Source: the human T2T-CHM13v2.0 reference genome, Homo sapiens. From it: DNA of 64,000 nt. Under the pieces are notes generated by a model. It had not been told where the DNA came from and did no database searches. It was given only the letters and a program-made list of their open reading frames with translations. The translations under genes and the position numbers were made by a program. Shown one piece after another: positions 51,890 through 64,000 of this stretch (its first letter is position 1; every line of letters begins with the position of its first letter). The stretch is from NCBI RefSeq assembly GCF_009914755.1, contig NC_060933.1. One strand, 5' to 3'.

Positions 51890-53600
51890 TCAATCATTTA
51901 TTTATTTATTCATTCACTCAATATGTGTTTGTATTTATTCTATGTGGTTAATAGTCATTATTTTAGGCATTAGGAACATACCATGATGAATACAGGTTTA
52001 CTCTCATGCAGCATATATTTGCAGTGTAGGGGCAGATATTAAACCCTTACACACACACACACATACACAGACACACACATACACAGACACACACACATAT
52101 ACACAGACACACACATACTATCTGATAGTTATAAGGGCTATAAGAAAAACTAAAATTAAAATAAAAAGATAATAGAAAGTGATAGAGGGCTTATTTTGAG
52201 TAAAGCCATCCCAGAGGTGTCTCAGAGGGAGGAATCAGAGCTAGAGATAACTATTTCTGTGTGATGCAATTCTATAGGTGTTTGGAGCCAAGGGACATGA
52301 TGAAATCACACAGAAAGGAAGAGTAAACAGAGGAGAGATCCAGAGATTGGGCTCTTGGACACAACATCATTTAGAGGTTATGAAGAATTGGATGGTGCAG
52401 CAAAGGAGAATGAGGAGTGGCTGCTGATGTAGAAGGAAAATTAGGAGTCTGTTGTTTCAGAAGCCAGTGGAGAAAAGTGTTTCAAGAAGGTAGTATTGAA
52501 TATTTGTGGAGAAATCTGTTTAGCACTCTGTTTCAAAGCCTCCTGAGATGTTCAGTAAGATAAGGATATGGGATATTCATTGAAGTTTGGCCATGTAAAA
52601 ATTATAGTATATCTTGAAAAGAGTGTTTTCTGCTGAGCATTGGCACAGATGTCCAAATGTTCCAGATTCAGGAGACAATGTGAGAAGAGGAATTAAAAAC
52701 AGCAGCTACAGAGGACTCATGGGAAAGGGTTCATTTTTCCAGAGTTCCAAGAAATGGGTCAGTAGCTGATAAGAGATGTTAAGACAATAGGTTATTTTTA
52801 AAAATATGTGATATATTAAAGTCCACTTGTATGTCCACAGTAATGATCCAATACGGAGAGAAAAATAATGATGCCAGAGGGAGGGCAGGTAATTGCCGGA
52901 GCCAATGTCACAAGAAGGCAATAGGGATGGGCCCCATTAAACAAATGGGCCATTGGCCTCAGGACAAAGCAGGAGAGCTCATCTATTTTTCCAGGAGGGA
53001 AGGGAAGATACAGGTGAAATGAAACTGGGGGGGTTGGTGGTGATCAAATGTGTTGTAGGGTAGCATTAAGATCCCCTTAAGTTTAGGGTCATATATTTAA
53101 ATGGAGATAAATTAGCATACATATATATATATACACACACACACACATATTCCAATTATATTTAGCTGCTTGAGTGTGAGTGAGAAGTCAATGGAGAACA
53201 GAGTAATCATTTTGCTAGGCAAATAAGTTGAAGATATTAGCAAGGTAAATACAAGATTTATTATAATGAAAGATCTCAGAATGTAGACACAATATGGAGA
53301 GAATGGCTGTGAGAGGGCTCATAGGCGTGGAGAGGGTGCAGTGAGTTCAAAGGATAGCTGGTGCCTCAGTCTTGGAGAGAGTGAGCTGGAAAGCATAGAG
53401 AAGGTGATCAGAAAAATTGCAGGCCTGAAATTGAGGTTTTTGAAAGTTATTGACTGATTTAGTAGTTAGTAGTTAGTAGCTCTGAAGATAGAATATATAT
53501 TTGGCCTTAAGAAAATTGAGGTATTGAGATGCAGGTTTGTTGACTTGAATGGATCCTCCACATGAGAATTAAATGACCAGACATAATGACAAAAGAATGT
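51890..53600 (-). mobile_element. L2 remnant
   Basis: ttcattcactcaa terminus and purine-rich antisense L2 motifs (agaagccagtggagaaaagtgtttcaagaagg). Confidence 0.6.
52049..52097. repeat. (CA)n compound microsatellite
   Basis: acacacacacacacatacacagacacacac... Confidence 0.9.
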
Positions 53601-53620
53601 GTAAGATGAAAGATAATGTA

Positions 53621-53963
<343 letters not shown>

Positions 53964-54119
53964 CTATGAGATTCATCAAAATCTACATGCACCCTACTTT
54001 TTGGTCCTATGGATATGTATGCCATTGTTATGCATATGCTGTATAGGTACTTTCATACTTAATTTTTCTAAGCTACCTTTTTATTGTGTACTTCATAAGA
54101 ACAAGATATTGTATATGAG

Positions 54120-56890
54120 TAATAATCTGTAAAGGAAAGGAAGTGACAAAAACACCAGTGTATTCACCATTCAGCTGAAGAAATGGGTTATTACCAATAG
54201 TTTCGGAGCTCCTTGAAGGATGTGCTCATACCCCATCGTCTTCCTCCACATAACAGGGAAACCACACTCTTACAGTTTAAGTCTATTATACTTTTGTCAT
54301 ATATCCTCAAACAAACTGATTTGATTTGCTTACTTCTTGTTTAATTGTAAACAAAAAGTGTGGATTCACAGCACATGTATTCTTCTGAAATTGTTTTTTT
54401 GTTTGGCTCTTTATGTTTGAGAGATCCATTCATGTTGGTGTGTGTACTTCAAATAGTTCATCTTCATTGATGCATGATTCCATTAGTTGTGCACACCACT
54501 ATTTAGTCATTGTCTGTCACAGACAAAGGCCATTCTAGTACCTTGAAGTGGTTATTCATTGTAATGTTAATTGTTGTCTTACTGATGACTAATGATGTTG
54601 ATTATATTGTGAAATGTCTGTTTAAGATTTTTGCCCACACTTCCCCCTGCCTTTTTTTTTTCAGTTGGGTTGTTTTTAATTTGATTATTGCTTTATAAGA
54701 ATATATTTTCTGGATGCAATTCCTAGTGCATGTATGTATTGCAAGTATTTTCTCCAACTCTTTGGTTTGTATTTCAATTCTTTCAATGATGATTTTTTTG
54801 ATGAGCAGTAATTTTTAATTTTATTAAATTCTATTATATTTAATGTTATGATTAGTGTTTTTTATCATCTGAGAAATCCTTAATTCATAAAAGATTGCAA
54901 AGCAATATTTTAAATTCTATTTTTAATGTCATGATTAGTGTTTTCTCATCTGAGAAATCTTTACTTCATAAAAGATTACAAAGTTATATTTTCTATTTTT
55001 TAACAACTGTATATTTTTTGATTTAACATTTAATCTATGATTGATCTGAAGTTATCTTTGGTTTTTAGTTTAAGGTTCTTTTGTTCCTTGTGGATATCTA
55101 ATTTTTCCAGCATGAGTTTTTGAAAATATTTTTCTCTTTTAGTTAGCTAGCTTGTCATATTTGTTGAAAATCTAGTCATTGCACATGTGTAGACTTATAG
55201 GGTTTCTGTAAAATTTTGACATGTATAATTATTTTATCATGTATAGTTATGGAGTACTAATTTATTATATGTTTACTTATTTTTCCAAGACTTGCTGGCT
55301 ATCCTGTATATCTCAATTTTCTATTCTATTCTGTTGACCTACTTGCCTATCCTTTCACCAGTGCCACACTGTCATGGTTGCTTTATCATTACAGTAAGTC
55401 TGAACTCAGGTAGTGCATATTCTCCAACTTTGTTCTTACTTTTCAAGATTGTCTTGGCTATTCTAGGTCATTTGCAATACAAATTTGTATATCAGTTTGC
55501 CAATTTCTACCAAAAAATGCCTACTGTGAAGAATCTATTGATTGATTTGGGGTGATTGAAACCCCAATTATCATTGAAACCCCTGTTAATAATGTTGTAT
55601 CTTCCAAACTAGAAACATACTATATCTTTCCATTTATGTGTCTTTAATGTCTCTGAACAATACTTTGTGGTGTTTATTGTACAGGTCTTGCAAATGTTTT
55701 GTTAAATTGAATCCTAGGGCTTTTGCTGTTGTTGTTGTTGTTATTGTAAATGGTATTTCTTACAATTTCAATTTCTGTTCAGTGTTGCTAGTAGGTAGAA
55801 ATATAATTATTCGTATGTATACTTTGTATCCCATAACCTTGATACATTTGCATATTAGTTCTAGTAGCTGCCACAAAGAGTCCTTAGAGTTTTCTACGTA
55901 CTCAATTAAGCCATTCACAAATAGAAACATTTTAACTTACCCTTTTCAATCTTTTTGTCTTTTTTTTTTCTTGCTTTATTGCAGTGGTCAGAACTTTCAG
56001 CACAATACTGATAAAAACCAAAAATACAATTCTAAGCACCCCCAACCAACTGATGGACCCTCCCCTTGGCCAAGGACATTCTAAAGTTAACCTGATAAAC
56101 TAGTTCAGGTCATGATGGGAAGTGAGGGTCAGACATGCCTCATTATACCCACCTTTCATTGAAATTTAGGCACAGCTGGCCTGCATTAACATTTAAAATG
56201 GAGATCTGAAGACTGGTAGAACAGATTCTTTAAGTCTGATAAGAAACATTCCCTTCTATTGATTCTATCTGCATAATGGGAACCTTGGCCTCCCCAACCC
56301 CTTATCTTAGCTGAGACATTCCCGTCTATTGATTCTAGGTCCATAGACAATAATGTAACTCTTTCAACCAATTGGCAATTAGAAAATTATTGAATCCATC
56401 TATGACCTGGAAGCCCCCTCATCACTGCTTTGAGTTGTCCTGCCTTTCTGGACCGAACCAAGGTACATCTTACATGTACTGATTGATGTCTTATATCTCC
56501 CTAAAATGTATAAAACCAAGCTGTGGCCTGCCCACCTTGGGCTCATGTTCTCAGGGTCTCCTGGGGCTGTGCCACAGGCCATCAGCCATTCATATTTGGC
56601 TTAGGATAAATCTCTTCAAATATTTTACAGAGTTTGACTCTTTTCATTGACTGAATAAAAGCAGTGGCAGCCAATATCCATGCCTCAGTCCCAAGGGGCA
56701 GGCATTCACCCTTTTACTTTTAAGTATGATTTTTAGCTCTGGGCTTTTCATCTAGATGCCCTTTTTCAGGTAGAGTTCCCTTCTAGTCCTACTTTGCTGA
56801 AAATTTTTATCATAAATGGGTATTGGATTATGTCAAATGTTTCCTTCCATCTATTAAGATGATCATATGATTTTTTCTCATTTTGTTAAT
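54120..56890 (-). mobile_element. Old L1M, antisense, interrupted by a MER4 LTR
   Basis: gagatccattcatgttggtgtgtgta, ttcaagattgtcttggctattctagg, cataaatgggtattggattatgtcaaatg. Confidence 0.7.
56011..56652 (+). mobile_element. Solo LTR, MER4 family
   Basis: aaaccaaaaatacaattctaagc...ctagttcaggtcatgatgggaag...aaatattttacagagtttgactcttttcattgac. Confidence 0.85.
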
Positions 56891-57772
56891 GTTGTTAATA
56901 ACATTCTTCCTTTTTCATATTTTGGAAATTTCTCACGTTGCTAGCTTTGTTTTCCGCAAATATGTCTTGCAGCTACAGTGCAGGTCAAGAAGGCATCCAT
57001 GAAGTTTTCCGTGAGGAAGTGAGCTCGGAAATGTGCAGGTTTTGCAGAAGGTAGCCGTTTCTGCTGTCACTGTTGGAGCTGAGCGCAGGTTGCAGCAGCC
57101 CTTCCCCAGGCCATTTGCTGTGGGTTTCTGGAGCTTGTGGCAGCCGGTTCAGCTTCTGCCTTGGCTGGTTCTGCAGACTGTTTCTGCAGTAGGTCTCTCT
57201 CCAACATTTTTGGAAGTTTGATTTAGTCTGCTTCTGAAGGCCTTTCCTAGGTTCACCAAGCTTCGAAATATTCTGTGATTTATCTTCCTTCAGTCAAAAT
57301 TACCCAGAGCAGATTCTGTTTTTCTTCAGAAGATATGCAGATATATGAGCATTTTTGTTCTTAATCTTAGTGGGAATGTGCAAGGGTTTGCCAAGACAAA
57401 AACTCAGGAGTGGGATGATTATGCAATGCAATTGTTTTCCAAAGGGATCAGGCCTTTTTACATCTACCACCTAGGCCCAAGGGTTTCTATTGCTTCACTA
57501 TCATTCTCAGGTTTATTAACTGGCCTTTTGATCTAGCTGCTCTGACAGATGAGAAATGGCATCTCACTGTAATTTACATTAGTAAGACTTTGAGTAAAAA
57601 TGAGGCTAGGCATTTTTTTATATGTTTCTTCATCATTTGTATCACTGGTCATGGTTGTGCAATTTTTATTGGGTTTCTCTTTTCCTTATTGAGTCGTAAA
57701 CTTTCTAAAATGTTCTTTTTGAATTATCATGTTGCAAACATAACACTATTTGTGACTTTTCTTTTTCATATT

Positions 57773-58070
57773 CTTTTTTTTTTTTTTTTTTTTTGACAGA
57801 GTCTCGCTCTGTCACCCAGGCTGGAGTGCAGTGGCATGATCTCGGCTCACTGCAATCTCCGCCTCCCGGGTTCAAGCGGTTCTCTGCCTTAGCCTCCCGA
57901 GTAGCTGGGATTACAGGCGCCCACCACCACGCCCGGCTAATTGTTGTATTTTTAGTAGTGATGGGGTTTCACCATCTTAGCCAGGCTGGTCTTGAACTCC
58001 TGGCCTCAGATGATCCACCCGCCTCAGCCTCCCAAAGTGCTGGGATTACAGGAGTGAGCCACCGCGCCCA
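57773..58070 (-). mobile_element. Alu (AluS)
   Basis: Reverse full Alu. Confidence 0.95.
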
Positions 58071-58939
58071 TCCCATTCTGTCTTTTAGGAAGGTAAGTTT
58101 TAAATTGAATTCAATCAACTTTATAAATAGTTTTTATTATTGGTATTTTATTTAAGAAATTCTTCCTTACCCCACTATCATATTCTCCTGTGCTTTCCAC
58201 TAAATATTGGCAAGTTTTAAAGTATTAACCGTTAAGTCTTTAATACAACCAGAATTGTGTTTTAGTTTATTTTCCCTTTTCTCATTGGGAAGTTAACCCA
58301 ATATTATTTATATTCTTTAGTGCTTATCTTTCAAATCGTATCAGGCATTCTTAGCTATTCTAAAATTAATCAGTACCATAAACCCTGCCCTAAAGCACTA
58401 GAAAATTAGACAAAAATTGATTCCAACTACTTCCTCACATGCATACTATTTTCCTAGTGCTTAGTTCTGTACTTTTAATTTCCATGGATTAGATATCATT
58501 ATTATCGCTTTTTATTGTATACAAACAATACTTAAATTTACTTATAGATAGATAGGCAAGGGGCACAGTTCTTATGTGGAGCATAACATCTTCAATATCA
58601 AAGACATTTCAATGGCATTTGAACTTTCATGTGGTTGTTGAGAAGTGTGTTTTCAGTAGAGATGGCTCCAGACTTTGTGGGGTCTAAAATTTATTGGCAT
58701 TAATAACGCACAGTCTCAACTAGTCCTTACTTTAACTAGTACCTTACTTTAACTTGACTTTCTTCCTCAAAGGGTGTCACACAGGAAGGAACTGGGTCAC
58801 CGTTTATCCCATTGCTAAATAGGTAGCTGGTGGTGGACTCTCAGGTCACGGTCCTCACACATTGCAGCTTCTGAGAGGAAGAAGCAAAGTTTTCCCTCTT
58901 GTTTAAAAAAATGTGTGTTCATGGCAAAAAAAAAAATGA

Positions 58940-59251
<312 letters not shown>

Positions 59252-59668
59252 TGAAATGTTTGTTATTTTGAATCTAGCCATCTATAAGTTTAAGAAATGA
59301 TCTTTGGGTTTTCTGTCCCAAGAGTTGTTATTTTCATTTAGCTTTACAATTAAAGCCTTTATTATTTAATCATAAGGAAGATTGCTTTCTCAATGTCAAC
59401 ATGAAATTGTGTCCTCTGTATTCTCTGTGGCTTCATTTATCTGAGAGAATCACATTGACAAGCAGAACATGGTGAAATAGTGAAGAGGAGGTGAAGGAGG
59501 AGGAGGGCAGAGCTCAGGCATCTGTTTCCACAGCAAACACTAAGTCAGACTTCCCACCAGAAACAGTGCAGTGCAGCTTGAGGGCTTATGGGCCTGTGAG
59601 ACACTTTCTGCTGTTTCATACTTATTGCAGAATTCTTAACTTGACACCAACCGTAGATAACCCACTGA

Positions 59669-60065
<397 letters not shown>

Positions 60066-60232
60066 TTTTATTGTTTTATTATCATCAAAATATAAGAAGA
60101 TATGCATTTCCTTTTTATGGCTACGTTAAAACTTTATATATGCAGCAATTAGATTTTCTCTTTGATGCAGCTGTACACCTAATATATGATGTATCAACGG
60201 ATATATTGTTATGTATGGAAGAGAGTCTTTGA

Positions 60233-60530
<298 letters not shown>

Positions 60531-61431
60531 TGATGATCTTGATTTCTGTGCTGCTTTATCTAAAGACCTCTTTAAACACCAAAAAGTCATCACTGCCTGG
60601 TAGTAAATGTGCATGAATAAAGGTGACTTGTGATACCCACCTAACAATACTGGTGAGCACTTTTAATCTCTTTTAATTTCTTCTTTGATTTATCTTTTTA
60701 CTAACTGAGGAAATTGGAGTTCACCATAATCTCCTTTTTTTTTTTTTAAGTTATGAGAACCTGGTTCCAATGGAGAAAACTATGGTTGTGCATTCCTCAT
60801 ATAATCATGAAATCAAGAGACACTGCTATGGATGCATTCCATTTTCAAACAACCTTAAGATGTAGATAATTATTACTATTATTTCTTACATGAGGAAAAA
60901 GTGGTATAGGCCTGGGATTTGAACCCAGACTGGAGCTGGGCGTTTATGGATGTGTAATAAGGTTTTCCTTAAGATGGTGAAGAAATATGTATTACAAGGG
61001 TAGTATTTATGGCCAAAAGTCCTCTCAAGTTAGTGATATGCTCACCATAACATAAAACAATAGAAAAATAAAATCTCTCTGTTTTATATTTTTCAGACTC
61101 ACATACATAGTGAGTTCTAACGATACAGCTTTACATATTAAATAAAGGGAGCTGGGGAAATCAGACACCTTGGAATTGGTAGCTTCCTGGGGATATAATG
61201 AAAATTTAATAAGGAGGGACTAGTCAGTGTGACAAATGTCTCTGAGGGTCAAATAAAATAACAATGGAGAAAGGCCCATTGCACTTAGCTGCATGGACAT
61301 CATTTGTGACACAGATATATTCTTCAGACAAGAGTAATTTCTTCTAGGTTGAGCGGTGGAAATAGAAACTTATTTGGGGCAAGCTGAGAAATGATTAAAA
61401 GGAAAAGAAGTACAGGAACTTTGGGCAGATA

Positions 61432-62062
<631 letters not shown>

Positions 62063-62769
62063 TGCAATGCCTGAAAATACTGGGAGTTCTTTATGTTCCT
62101 CCCCTTTTAGCTTTTTGCATTCCATTCTCCTGGGAAAAATTTTATGGATCATTCCAAATAAGAATGTGATAGATGTAAATGTTTAGAGGATAAGAGATGG
62201 CAATGGCCCAATGTACGGTAAGGGGCTGTGCTGCCTGCCCAAGACCAGAAAAGTTTAGACCTCAGCATCACTGCCTCCCAGCAATCTAGATGGAAGGATA
62301 GTTGTGTGAGCTGCCCAGGGAGGGCTGAACCCTATAAACATCATTGTCAAGGAGCCTGAGCTAAAGGTTTCTGTGTTCCAGTTTGGAACAGAGGGAATAG
62401 GGCCTCACTTAACCAACCATTTTTGAAATATACCACGTGGGCTTGGAAGATGTCAGAGATCACATGCACACTCGCGAGCAGAGAGACTGTGATGTGCACT
62501 GGCTTATGGGAATGTCTCCTTTCACTTGACCCCAAAAGTGACTCACACTGAGCATCTTGACTTTTTGTCAAGATGATTCCAAACTAGATGATTAAGAGAG
62601 CAAAAGCAGTAAGGTTTGACATTGGTGGTTGGGATTTTCATAAGTGTTAGACATGATCTTCCTGAACATTATTGGTGTAAATAATATGATGGGGTAATTC
62701 ATTCAAAATAGCCTAAAGTACTAGGGGCAGGCGATATGGGACAGATGAAGTGACTAAAACAAAGTGCAT

Positions 62770-62905
62770 TGCAGGTTTAGAGTCTCAAAACTAGAATCAG
62801 ATGGGGTCTGTTTCAAATCTTATGTCACTTACTGGTTTTCTGATCTTGAGTAATTTACTTAACTTCTGAGTTTTAGTTTCCTTCCTGCCAAAAACAGGAT
62901 AATTT
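62770..62905 (+). mobile_element. MIR fragment
   Basis: ttcaaatctt...tgatcttgagtaatttacttaacttctgag...agtttccttc core. Confidence 0.65.
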
Positions 62906-63479
62906 TATGTACGACACTGGCTTATTCTAAGAACCATGTGAAGAACAGAGAGCATTGAAATAGAGAGTAATAAAGAGTATTTTTAAAACGCAGTTTCTGT
63001 CTTGAATCGAAAGAGAACAAAAAGTAGTTCTTGAACATCTGGAAAGGGAAAGCTTTTGATTTTTGCATTCTCTTTCATTTGTTTCTTTACAGGGGTGTGA
63101 CATAGAGAAACACATTGAAAGCCATACCAGTGTTGATCACTAACCATGCAAGACACTTATTCAAAGCATGCACTTCTACAGTCATTGTCACCACAGACAT
63201 GGGTTTTAAGTCTACAGTATACAGCATGTAGCTTTCTTGATATTTTAGGATTTCTCTGGGGGTGGATGTATGTGATGTGAAATGAAAGAAGACTGTGAAG
63301 GATTGGACAGATTAGGAAGTCACACTGTAAATACTGAGATTTGTTGTGGACTGTAGAATTCAGCTATAAATAAAGTGAAGTGGCTTGGGGACGAAAAGGT
63401 TTCTGCCTTGGAAAAACTGAGTTAGTATGTGGGTATAATATCACTAAAAGAAGGAGCTTCTTTTAGAAACCTATAACTT

Positions 63480-64000
63480 ATTCATATTTATCAACTGTTG
63501 ACTTTGTGTGACAGGCTCTGTTTCAAGTGAGATCCTAACATGAGAAAAACAGATGTGAGCCTGACTCTCATGGCTATGGTATTCCAGTTGGTTAGAAGGA
63601 CTATACACAAGGAAACAATTGCAGAAGCAGTGAGTGACAATGAGGGAAACAAACTGTGTGCTGGAGAAAAGGCTAACACGGGGCTATCTTCATTACACTG
63701 GGGGGTGAGGGAAGACTCCTCTAAGAAGCGACATGGAAGCTGAGATTGAGAATGAGATCAGAAAGTGAGAAGAAGCTGGAGGATAAGCAAAAAGCACCAG
63801 GAAGAATGTTTTAGGAAGAGGAAAGAAAATCAGCAAAGGCCCAAAAGTGGCAAATAGCTTGACCTGTTCTAGTAAATTGAAGGTCAGCATTGGCTACCTG
63901 GAAAAGTAGAGAGAAACAAGATCATTTAGGTGCATGGTTTGCTCCTTAATGAAGTAAGGGTTGGAGGTGTAGGAAAGATGAGTCCTCAAGTCCAGTGCAT
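63480..64000 (-). mobile_element. L2 remnant
   Basis: ttcatatttatcaac...tgtgtgacaggctctgtttcaagtg...ttaggaagaggaaagaaaatcagcaaaggccc. Confidence 0.6.

Overview
Repeat-rich primate (human/ape-like) genomic DNA with no intact protein-coding gene that I can support. Most of the window is ordinary Alu/L1/L2/MIR/LTR/DNA-transposon sequence. The exception is a ~24.8-kb block (13162-37986) of the olfactory-receptor family 7E (OR7E) segmental-duplication type. It holds two OR7E pseudogenes flanking a ~14-kb SATR-type satellite array, which itself encloses an LTR-less ~4.1-kb HERV-E-like gag-pol fragment. This block sits inside one antisense L1PA element that it splits in register, with an 8-bp direct repeat (GAGATTGG) at both junctions. 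The block is also circularly permuted: its right end is an Alu body lacking its last ~20 nt, and its left end begins with that missing Alu tail, the Alu's second target-site duplication (TSD) and the continuation of the L1MA element the Alu had inserted into. The simplest reading is that the OR7E-satellite-HERV-E unit moved as an extrachromosomal circle that was opened inside an Alu and integrated here. Repeat family names come from recalled consensus sequences, not a database search, and most boundaries are approximate.
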